Positions 1 through 9,339 of a DNA stretch of 64,000 bases are shown here, piece after piece. The position numbers were made by a program, and so were the translations under genes. The notes under the pieces were generated by a model that did not search any database, was not told where the DNA came from, and saw only the letters and a program-made list of their open reading frames with translations. Source of the stretch: Mobula hypostoma. Its lineage: Eukaryota. Numbering within the stretch: the first letter of the stretch is position 1; every line of letters begins with the position of its first letter. The DNA is taken from contig NC_086097.1 of the NCBI RefSeq assembly GCF_963921235.1, positions 159,032,001-159,096,000 on the forward strand. The letters are read 5' to 3'.

Positions 1-419
1 AACATGCCAACGAGGTAGAGGGTGACAATATTTTGTGCGCAGTTTAAATTCCTTTGTACACTAGCAGAAAAAGATGTGTGTGCACACCTTAGAGTGAACA
101 TTAATTACAGCCGATTAGAGCATGAGTTCCCTCAAGTGCCTTTACCCTGAAGATGAGCTGGTTGGTTAATTAGCTAATACAGTTAATGGCAGAAGAATCA
201 GGGCAGAGTTAATGAACATAGGTTAGAGAAAAGGTTACAGGAAAATAACAGAGGAAAGCTATAGACCATGTGCAGACAGATGTGCAGTTTAATTTAGTAT
301 CATGGTCAGCACCAACACGGTGGGCCGAAGGCCCTGTTCCTTGTTGTACTGTTATGTGTTCTATGTTGTTCCATGTTCAACATAATATCATGAAAGGGAA
401 ATTTTTTGACTTTGACTTT

Positions 420-905
420 GACATCTGAGTGAAATTTTTTGACTTTTTCTGTTCTTTGAGGATGTAACATGTAGTGTCACTGAAGGGAAACCATTTAATG
501 AGGTGGACTTGAATTTCCAAGAGGCAATCAATAAGGCTTCACAAAGGATTATACGAGTTCAGTATCGACAGAATATAATAGAATGCCACTGTGTTTATTG
601 TTGGCAGCAGAGTTGTTTACGACTTAAATGCTTGCCTTAGATGTAGGCATATTTGCTAATGAATCAAGGGTTGATAGGACAGACAGTAATGATGATGATG
701 ATGATACAAACGGTCTTTCAAGGGCTATAGATTGGCTCAGAGAATGGGGAAAAAATACCAAACAGAGCACAATGAGGAGAATTGTGAGGTTGTGCACATT
801 GGTAGGAGGAATAAAAAAAAGCAAGAGCTTCAGAATACTGTCTTATAGAGATATCCTAGCATCTTAGTATGTGAAGCACAGAAACTTAGCAAGTATAGAC
901 AAAGT
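420..905 (+). mobile_element. Decayed CR1-like LINE RT fragment
   Basis: TTCTTTGAGGATGTAACA…GACTTGAATTTCCAAGAGGC…; resembles the CR1 copy at 60890-62056. Confidence 0.55.
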
Positions 906-1890
906 GGAATGCAAGTAAGCCATGTGATGAATTTTTACTCAGCCATCATTGACAGTGTTGTGACCACTTCTTTCACTGTTTGGTTTCCTCCCACCTCCTC
1001 CCTCTCCAAGTCCCTGTTTGCAGTGAGTGGTCCACTCAGCCAAGAAGATCATTGGTTGTCAGTTACCAACATTAAAGGACGGCTTCTTCACCGGAGCGAA
1101 GGAAAGAGCTGGAAAGATTACTGCTGACTCTACCCGCCCTAGCAGTCACCTTTTCACCAAATTGCCATTGGGGAGATGCTACAAGTCCATCACCACCAGG
1201 ACTACATATTATCTTTGAAGCTTCTTTTCTGTAGCTATCCAGCTTCTCAACAAACCTCACTCTGATACCCTACCTGTCCCTCCATAACATCTGTTAAATG
1301 GTCTTTCTTGTTCTGTTGATAAGTATTGAGTCTGCTCGTATGTTCACATTTAGTTAAGTTTGATTATTGACGACTGGGCATGTGACCATCTGCTAATTGT
1401 TGATTGCTCAGGGCTGCTTGCATTACTGTCTTGTAAATTGTTAGTTGCTATTGTGTATATATGTCCTGTGCTTTATGCTTGGCATCAAACCACAATCAAA
1501 TCTGGTATGTTTCATATACTAGGAATAAAGTGATTCCAATTCTGAAATGATCAGTAATTCCACAAATATTGACTCTTATCACAAGGGGGATGGATTATAA
1601 AAGTAGGGAAGCCTTGCTACAATAGCACAGGGTAAATCCACACTTAAGATTCAGAATATCTTATTGTCAGATACACCAGGGTGCAATGAATTTCCTAAAA
1701 ACACGAAGAGAAGTATGAGTAATTTTGGTCTATTTTACTTCCTTTGGAACGAGCTCAGACCAGGTTCACTCGATTCATTCTCGGGGTAAAGGTGCTGAGT
1801 AAGGAGGAAATGTGGAGCTGGTGTCCACTGGGATATATGAGGAAATCAATGTCTGGAGGGCTTAGATAAAAGGAGAAACTGCATAGACTA

Positions 1891-2565
1891 AGAGAGAAGA
1901 GAAGATGACGGTGCGACGCAGCGCGCAGCGGCCACTCCGGTGATGAATATCTGTTATTTGTCAAGTAGGATGCCGTGCACAATCCTGATTTGGTGGAGAC
2001 GGATGTGAGAAGCACAGAGGAACATCTGGTGAAACTTCTGAAATGCCTGTTTCACTGTGCGGTTCAGGATCTCCGGAGGGGAAGGCCCCGAATCCTTGGC
2101 TTTGCCTGTTGCTTGGTGGTCGGGGCCAGGGTCGAAGCGCTCGGCAGAGATGGTGCTCGGTGCTCGGTGTCGGAGGGCTGGTCAGAGGCTCGAAGTTTTT
2201 GGACGGACTCAGAGTCGGCTGTGGTTGGGTGCTTCCAGGGTGCTGCATCGGCAAGTTTGCGGCGCTGGAGGTTCATGGCAAGGAGAGTTTCTTCCTTCTA
2301 CCGTCTATGTGAGATGATGGGGCTATCAGGACTTTGAAACTTTTTTTTTAACCGTGCCCATGGTCTGCTCTTTATCAAATTACGGTATTGCTTTGCACTG
2401 TTGTAACTATATGTTATAATTATGCGTTTTTTGTCTGTTTTAGTCTTGGTCTGTCTTGTGTTTCTGTGATATCATACTGGAGGAACATTGTATCATTTCT
2501 TAATGCATGCATTACTAAATGACAATAAACGAGGACTGAGTGTCTTCATAATCTAATCTAATCTA
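1891..2565 (+). mobile_element. Non-autonomous retroelement (AAGATGRCG head, (AATCT)n tail), inserted in a CR1-like fragment
   Basis: Homologous to copies at 32592, 38527, 44027 and 49134. Ends …AATGACAATAAA…ATAATCTAATCTAATCTA. Confidence 0.85.
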
Positions 2566-2864
2566 GGACTATTTTCTCTGGAGTATCGACGAATGAGGGG
2601 TGGTCTTTAAAAGATTTATAAAATTGTGAAGGGCAGGATAATGTTATTTCTGGGGTAAAGGAGACAAAACTAGAAGGTGTAAGTTTGTGGGAGAGGACAG
2701 GGACATAAAACTTAAAATGCATTTGGACAGCTACATGGATCATATAGGTTTAAGTGGATCAAATGGAGGCACATGGAACTAGCTCAGTCAGGCAACTTTA
2801 ACACCTAAGGGCTTGTCCCTGTGTTGTATAGCTCTGTGACTCTGTGAAAGAAAACATGGCACCA

Positions 2865-3035
2865 TTGTTAGGAGTTTGTACTTTCTCGTCGTGACTCTGT
2901 GGGTTTCCTCTGGGTGCTTTGGTTTCCTCCCACAGTCCAAATATGTACAGGTTAGTAGGTAAATTTGTCTTTGTAAATTACCCTGTGATTAGGCTGATGT
3001 GAAATAGCTGGCTTGCTGGGCAATGTGCCTCGTTA
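2865..3035 (+). mobile_element. V-SINE (HE1-like) fragment
   Basis: GGAGTTTGTACTTTCTCGTCGTGACTCTGTGGGTTTCCTCTGGGTGCTTTGGTTTCCTCCCACAGTCCAAA, a V-domain-like core. Confidence 0.7.
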
Positions 3036-3439
3036 ATGTAATGGATATTTACTTTCCAGAACCATGGGGCCTTTTATTGCCAAACACACTTCTCTAACAT
3101 TGTAGCTAAAATATCTAGAGATCAAAGAGTTATTTTTGAATAAGTTAAGCTGACAATCAGTATGATTTGTTCAGTTTCTTGTCATAAACAGGAACCAGCC
3201 TTCAGTTCTTGATGTAAGTGGCAAGCAATAATCAGTGTGTAGATAGCAGGACAGCTTTGGAAACAAACAGCACTGTGTATAGAATACAGACTGAGGGCCT
3301 GTATTCTAACATGATAACATAATTACTTTGCTTTGTGTTCAGTATTTGGATTACAAATAATACTCTGCTACAGTTTTCTTAAAGATAAAATACCTCTACC
3401 ATTTTTATTTGCTAAAACCTACAGGAACTTATCTCCATT

Positions 3440-3800
3440 ACCACCCATGGCTGTAACAACCTTAAGGAGCTACAGTGGGTGAGTTAGCAGAGGAAAGTCA
3501 CAGCAGTCAGGTCTCTGGCACTCAAAAGAGGAGTGAGGGAAAAGGAGCGCAGTAGGGATAAGGATTCCATAGTTAAAGCAGCAGACAGGAGATTCTGTGG
3601 ATGGGAAATAGGCGCACAGATGGTAAATTGCCTCCCATGGGTAGGGTCAGGGATGTCTTGGATAGACGGGTTACTCCTGAATACGAGGAGGACCAATATC
3701 TTTGCAAGTAGGTTTGCTAGAGCTGTTGAGGAGGGTTTAAGCTAACCTACCAAGGGGATGGGAACCAGAGTAATAGGGCTGAGGATAGGGCAAGTAGATA
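3440..3800 (+). mobile_element. Old CR1-like LINE, ORF1 (SGNH esterase-like) remnant; continues at 8861-9330 and 12170-14390 (APE/RT remnants)
   Basis: DSIVKAADRRFCG…MVNCLP resembles the CR1 ORF1 esterase. Downstream pieces read ARNIQNKVDD…YEVVGIAE and VMVVMGD (APE-like). TAGATA is repeated at 3795-3800 and 8861-8866 around the nested insertion. Confidence 0.65.
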
Positions 3801-4094
3801 ACCATATATAACCATATAACAATTACAGCACGGAAACAGGCCATCTCGGTCCTTCTAGTCCGTGCCAAACCCTTACTCTCACCTAGCTGCACCACCCTGC
3901 ACTCAGCCCATAACCCTCCATTCCTTTCCTGTCCATATAGCTGTCCAATTTAACTTTAAGCGACAACATCGAACCTGCCTCAACCACTTCTGCTGGAAGT
4001 TCGTTCCACACAGCTACCACTCTCTGAGTAAAAAAGTTCCCCCTCATGTTACCCCTAAACTTTTGCCCTTTAACTCTCAACTCATGTCTTTTTT
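3801..4094 (-). mobile_element. CR1-like LINE 3' fragment (host of the PLE; resumes at 8794-8860)
   Basis: Minus-strand RGNFFTQRVVAVWNELP… C-terminus and (TTATATGG)-type tail. Confidence 0.85.
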
Positions 4095-4139
4095 CGCATC
4101 TGCTCTCAGGATGAGGCTTTTCATTCTAGGACGAGGGAG

Positions 4140-4883
4140 ATGTCTTCATTTTTTAAAGAAAGGGGCTTCCCTTCCTCCACTATCAACTCTGCTCTTAAAC
4201 GCATCTCCCCCATTTCACGTACATCTGCTCTCACTCCATCCTCCCACCACCCCACTAGGAATAGGGTTCCCCTGGTCCTCACCTACTACCCCACCAGCCT
4301 CCGGGTCCAACATATTATTCTCCGTAACTTCCGCCACCTCCAACGGGATCCCACCACTAAGCATATCTTTCCCTCCCCGCCTCTCTCTGCATTCCGCAGG
4401 GATCGCTCCCTACACAACTCCCTTGTCCATTCGTCCCCCCCATCCCTCCCCACTGATCTCCCTGCTGGCACTTATCCGTGTAAGCGGAACAAGTGCTACA
4501 CATGCCCTTACACTTCCTCCCTTACCACCATTCAGGGCCCCAAACAGTCCTTCCAGGTGAGGCATCACTTCACCTGTGAGTCGACTGGGGTGATATACTG
4601 CGTCCGGTGCTCCCGATGTGGCCTTTTATATATTGGTGAGACCCGACGCAGACTGGGAGACTGCTTTGCTGAACATCTACGCTCTGTCCGCCAGAGAAAG
4701 CAGGATCTCCCAGTGGCCACACATTTTAATTCCACATCCCATTCCCATTCTGACATGTCTATCCACGGCCTCCTCTACTGTAAAGATGAAGCCACACTCA
4801 GGTTGGAGGAACAACACCTTATATTCCGTCTGGGTAGCCTCCAACCTGATGGCATGAACATTGACTTCTCTAACTTCCGCTAG
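4140..4883 (+). pseudogene. 5'-truncated duplicate of the PLE ORF C-terminus (linker + GIY-YIG)
   Basis: The 247 aa are nearly identical to the last 247 aa of 5275-8403 (visible differences Y/H, C/R, H/Y). Confidence 0.9.
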
Positions 4884-5176
4884 GCCCCACCTCCCCCTCG
4901 TACCCCATCTGTTACTCTTTTTATGCACACATTCTTTCTCTCACTCTCCTTTTTCTCCCTCTGTCCCTCTGAATATACCTCTTGCCCATCCTCTGGGTCA
5001 CCCCCACCCCCCGTCTTTCTTCCCGGACCTCCTGTCCCATGATCCTCTCGTATCCCCTTCTGCCTATCACCTGTCCAGCTCTCGGCTCCATCCCTCCCCC
5101 TCCTGTCTTCTCCTATCATTTTGCATCTCCCCCTCCCCCTCCAGCTTTCAAATCCCTTACTCACTCTTCCTTCAGT

Positions 5177-5214
5177 TAGTCCTGACGAAGGGTCTCGGCC
5201 TGAAACGTCGACTG
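5177..5214 (+). ncRNA. Minimal type-I hammerhead ribozyme (upstream pLTR)
   Basis: TAGTC-CTGACGA-AGGGTCTCGGCCT-GAAA-CG-TC^GACTG. Conserved CUGANGA and GAAA..UH core; stem I TAGTC/GACTG; short stem II; palindromic ACGU helix III. Predicted cleavage after 5209. Confidence 0.85.
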
Positions 5215-5274
5215 CGCCTCTTCGCAGTTGGTGGATGCTGCCTGGCCTGCTGCGTTCACCAGCAACTTTGATGT

Positions 5275-8200
5275 ATGTTGCTTGAATTTCCAGCATCTGC
5301 AGAATTCCTGTTGTTTGCGTTTAAATTCACTACTGCGAAGCCTCTTCCGGTGATGCCTACACCGAAGAAGTTTAGATCCTCTCTTCGACGGGAGTTCAGT
5401 GAAACCATCTCTCACTGCTCCCCATCTGTGATTTCTTCGGCTCTTCAACTTTTCGACCAGACTTTGACTCAAACTCGCTATCACTGCCGTGTATCCTTTC
5501 TTGGAACGTGCCTCCGTCGCCAACTTACTCCAGTTGGCTTTAGGATTCGTTTCCAAGCCTCTCAATTTGGACCTTCTGAGGATCCCAGGTACTCACATTT
5601 CATTGACTCTGCCTCTCGCCGCTTCTCCCGTCAAGCTCTGAAGGCGACGCTCTCCGCCATGAGGAGGTACTTGGTGTCCCTATCCCAGACCCTTCCACAC
5701 TTTCGGGACACTTTCTTCGCCGTCTGTAATGGTCCTACCCGATATTTCATCCTCCGTCGGATCCACGCCTGCAATCGCCGTTTCTTTGACTTTGTCATGT
5801 TAGGCAAAGATCGCAAGATCTTACATCTACGGACTGCAGAGCCTGCCGGCCCCGACGCTAGCAGGCATGAACTTTCGGTTGCGGCCCCTGCCGTTGGTCT
5901 CGGCGGCTCCAACACCTCAGGACATATTCAAAACCCGGACTCCAGCAACGACCATGGAGACATTCAAAGCGATCGCGCAACCACCAACTGCGACTCCAGC
6001 CTTGAACTCCAGGCCGGGTCTTTATGTGCTGCTGTTGTGACTCCCGTCTCCCCTTCCCCCACCACCACTCCGCAGCCCCGTCTTCCTCAGATCCCACCGT
6101 CAACTCCTGGGCCCTCAGAGGCTCCATCTTCCTCTCACCCCAACCCTCCCCTCTCCATTGACACCCCCAGCCTCCCCCCTCCCCCCTCTGATCCCAGCTC
6201 TCATCCGTGCCGGGTCTTTACCATCCCCTCCGACCTTCAACTGTCGGAGGCAGAACGCTCTGTTCTCAGTAAGGGCCTCACGTTTGTCCCCCTTCGCCCA
6301 CACCTCAGCGAGTTCCGTGTTCGCCATGATGCGGAACTTTTCTTCCGCCGTCTCCGTCTCCGAGCCTACTTCTTCGGCAAGGACTCTTCCACCCCCACCG
6401 ATGACCCCTTCTCCTGTCTTCATCCCTCCTCTTCTTCATGGACACCCCGCTCTGGTCTTCTGCCTGCTCTGGATCTCTTTATTGCCAACTGCCGACGGGA
6501 CATCAACCGTCTCGACTTCACCGCACCTTGTCCCCATTCCAACCTCACTCCTTCGGAATGCTCTGTTCTCCACTCCCTCCGCACTAATCCTAACATTATT
6601 ATTAAACCCGCTGATAAGGGGGGTGCTGTTGTAGTCTGGCGTACTGACCTCTACCTTGCCGAGGCACAGCGACAACTCGCGGATACCTCCTCTTATTTAC
6701 CCCTCGATCGTGACCCCACTAAGGAGCACCAGGCCATTGTCTCCCACACTATCAACGACTTTATCCGCTCAGGGGATCTCCCATCCACTGCTACCAACCT
6801 TATAGTTCCCACACCCCGCACTTCCCGTTTCTACCTCCTACCCAAGATCCACAAACCTGCCTGTCCTGGCCGACCTATTGTCTCAGCTTGCTCCTGCCCC
6901 ACCGAACTCGTTTCTGCATACCTCGACACTGTTTTATCACCCCTTGTTCAATCCCTTCCGACCTATGTTCGTGACACTTCTCACGCTCTTAAACTTTTCA
7001 ATGATTTTAAGTTCCCTGGCCCCCACCGCTTTATTTTCACCTTGGATGTCCAGTCCCTATATACTTCCATCCCCCATCAGGAAGGTCTCAAAGCTCTACG
7101 CTTCTTTTTGGATTCCAGACCTAATCAGTTCCCCTCTACCACCACTCTGCTCCGTCTGGCAGAATTAGTCCTTACTCTTAATAATTTCTCCTTTTGCTCC
7201 TCCCATTTCCTCCAAACTAAAGGTGTAGCTATGGGCACCCGTATGGGTCCTAGCTATGCCTGCCTTTTTGTTGGGTTTGTGGAACAATCTATGTTCCGGG
7301 CCTATTCTGGTATCTGTCCCCCACTTTTCCTTCGCTACATCGACGACTGCATTGGCGCTGCTTCCTGCACGCATGCAGAACTCGTTGACTTTATTAACTT
7401 TGCCTCCAACTTTCACCCTGCCCTCAAGTTTACCTGGTCCATTTCTGACACCTCCCTCCCCTTTCTAGATCTTTCTGTCTCTGTCTCTGGAGACAGCTTA
7501 TCCACTGATGTCTACTATAAGCCTACTGACTCTCACAACTATCTGGACTATTCCTCTTCTCACCCTGTCTCTTGCAAAAACGCCATCCCCTTCTCGCAAT
7601 TCCTCCGTCTCCGCCGCATCTGCTCTCAGGATGAGGCTTTTCATTCTAGGACGAGGGAGATGTCTTCATTTTTTAAAGAAAGGGGCTTCCCTTCCTCCAC
7701 TATCAACTCTGCTCTTAAACGCATCTCCCCCATTTCACGTACATCTGCTCTCACTCCATCCTCCCACCACCCCACTAGGAATAGGGTTCCCCTGGTCCTC
7801 ACCTACCACCCCACCAGCCTCCGGGTCCAACATATTATTCTCCGTAACTTCCGCCACCTCCAACGGGATCCCACCACTAAGCATATCTTTCCCTCCCCGC
7901 CTCTCTCTGCATTCCGCAGGGATCGCTCCCTACACAACTCCCTTGTCCATTCGTCCCCCCCATCCCTCCCCACTGATCTCCCTGCTGGCACTTATCCGTG
8001 TAAGCGGAACAAGTGCTACACATGCCCTTACACTTCCTCCCTTACCACCATTCAGGGCCCCAAACAGTCCTTCCAGGTGAGGCATCACTTCACCTGTGAG
8101 TCGACTGGGGTGATATACTGCGTCCGGTGCTCCCGATGTGGCCTTTTATATATTGGTGAGACCCGACGCAGACTGGGAGACCGCTTTGCTGAACATCTAC

Positions 8201-8403
8201 GCTCTGTCCGCCAGAGAAAGCAGGATCTCCCAGTGGCCACACATTTTAATTCCACATCCCATTCCCATTCTGACATGTCTATCCACGGCCTCCTCTACTG
8301 TAAAGATGAAGCCACACTCAGGTTGGAGGAACAATACCTTATATTCCGTCTGGGTAGCCTCCAACCTGATGGCATGAACATTGACTTCTCTAACTTCCGC
8401 TAG
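5275..8403 (+). CDS. Penelope-like element (Neptune-type) polyprotein: reverse transcriptase + GIY-YIG endonuclease, uninterrupted 1042 aa
   Basis: PLE RT motifs IIIKPADKGGAVVV, FYLLPKIHK, GRPIVS, LDVQSLYTSIP, GVAMGTRMGPSYA, LRYIDD and VYYKPTD. Cys-rich linker CKRNKCYTC followed by VIYCVRCSRCGLLYIGET..R..EH (GIY-YIG). No stops or frameshifts. Confidence 0.95.
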   Translation: MLLEFPASAEFLLFAFKFTTAKPLPVMPTPKKFRSSLRREFSETISHCSPSVISSALQLFDQTLTQTRYHCRVSFLGTCLRRQLTPVGFRIRFQASQFGPSEDPRYSHFIDSASRRFSRQALKATLSAMRRYLVSLSQTLPHFRDTFFAVCNGPTRYFILRRIHACNRRFFDFVMLGKDRKILHLRTAEPAGPDASRHELSVAAPAVGLGGSNTSGHIQNPDSSNDHGDIQSDRATTNCDSSLELQAGSLCAAVVTPVSPSPTTTPQPRLPQIPPSTPGPSEAPSSSHPNPPLSIDTPSLPPPPSDPSSHPCRVFTIPSDLQLSEAERSVLSKGLTFVPLRPHLSEFRVRHDAELFFRRLRLRAYFFGKDSSTPTDDPFSCLHPSSSSWTPRSGLLPALDLFIANCRRDINRLDFTAPCPHSNLTPSECSVLHSLRTNPNIIIKPADKGGAVVVWRTDLYLAEAQRQLADTSSYLPLDRDPTKEHQAIVSHTINDFIRSGDLPSTATNLIVPTPRTSRFYLLPKIHKPACPGRPIVSACSCPTELVSAYLDTVLSPLVQSLPTYVRDTSHALKLFNDFKFPGPHRFIFTLDVQSLYTSIPHQEGLKALRFFLDSRPNQFPSTTTLLRLAELVLTLNNFSFCSSHFLQTKGVAMGTRMGPSYACLFVGFVEQSMFRAYSGICPPLFLRYIDDCIGAASCTHAELVDFINFASNFHPALKFTWSISDTSLPFLDLSVSVSGDSLSTDVYYKPTDSHNYLDYSSSHPVSCKNAIPFSQFLRLRRICSQDEAFHSRTREMSSFFKERGFPSSTINSALKRISPISRTSALTPSSHHPTRNRVPLVLTYHPTSLRVQHIILRNFRHLQRDPTTKHIFPSPPLSAFRRDRSLHNSLVHSSPPSLPTDLPAGTYPCKRNKCYTCPYTSSLTTIQGPKQSFQVRHHFTCESTGVIYCVRCSRCGLLYIGETRRRLGDRFAEHLRSVRQRKQDLPVATHFNSTSHSHSDMSIHGLLYCKDEATLRLEEQYLIFRLGSLQPDGMNIDFSNFR

Positions 8404-8695
8404 GCCCCACCTCCCCCTCGTACCCCATCTGTTACTCTTTTTATGCACACATTCTTTCTCTCACTCTCCTTTTTCTCCCTCTGTCCCTCTGAATATACCT
8501 CTTGCCCATCCTCTGGGTCACCCCCCCCCCCGTCTTTCTTCCCGGACCTTCTGTCCCATGATCCTCTCGTATCCCCTTCTGCCTATCACCTGTCCAGCTC
8601 TCGGCTCCATCCCTCCCCCTCCTGTCTTCTCCTATCATTTTGCATCTCCCCCTCCCCCTCCAGCTTTCAAATCCCTTACTCACTCTTCCTTCAGT

Positions 8696-8733
8696 TAGTC
8701 CTGACGAAGGGTCTCGGCCTGAAACGTCGACTG
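8696..8733 (+). ncRNA. Minimal type-I hammerhead ribozyme (downstream pLTR)
   Basis: Identical to 5177-5214; predicted cleavage after 8728. Confidence 0.85.
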
Positions 8734-9339
8734 CGCCTCTTCCTATAGATGCTGCCTGGCCTGCTGCGTTCACCAGCAACTTTGATGTATGTTCCTTTTG
8801 TTTGAATCTCCCCCACTCTCAATGGAAAAAGCCTATCCATGTCAATTCTATTTATCCCCCTAGATACAGTGTGTGGTGGTACTGTGAGGAATTACGGGTA
8901 GATGACAGGGCAGTATTTCACTCAGTGTCATGAGTTGAAGTGTAACATGGGTTCAAAATTGAAAATGATGATGAATACAGGACAAGAGAGGGTGATTGAA
9001 AAGCACGTAATATACAGAATAAGGTAGATGATTTTGCAGCGCATTTAGAGTTTGGCAGGTATGAAGTTGTGGGCATTGCTGAGTTATGACTGAAAGATCA
9101 TGGTTGGGAAATTAACACCCAAGGAAAGGACAGGCAGGTAAGCAGAAGTGGTGGAATGGCTCTGTTGGTAAAAAAAATAAATAAATCGGCTCCTGACAAA
9201 GAGGTAATATAGGATCGGAAGATGTAGAGTCCTTGTCGGTAGAGTTAAGAAACTGCAAGGTTAAAAAGACTCTGATGGTAGTTATAAACAATCCTCTGAA
9301 TAGTAAAGTTCTAAAGTTAAATAAATTGAGAATTGGTGG

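Larger units (their letters stand above)
4095..8793 (+). mobile_element. Penelope-like retroelement insertion, partial tandem (5'-truncated copy followed by a full copy)
   Basis: 4095-~5279 repeats 7615-~8793 at an offset of ~3520 with only a few differences. The insertion splits a minus-strand CR1-like fragment (…caactcatgtc | cttttgtttgaatctcccc…). Confidence 0.93.

Noticed and set aside
1938..2045. C/D-box snoRNA (GTGATGA…CTGA) in the head of the non-autonomous element
   Set aside because: Box C is not preserved in the copies at 33.1, 38.5 and 44.0 kb, and there is no clear terminal stem.
4095..5279. Assembly artefact explaining the PLE duplication
   Set aside because: The copies differ by several substitutions and a 10-nt swap, and partial tandems are typical of PLEs. 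Read-level confirmation is still advisable.
8404..8793. SECIS element / selenoprotein PLE
   Set aside because: The ORF has no in-frame TGA and ends in TAG. The TGA…AA…GA-like text in the 3' region is better explained by the hammerhead core.
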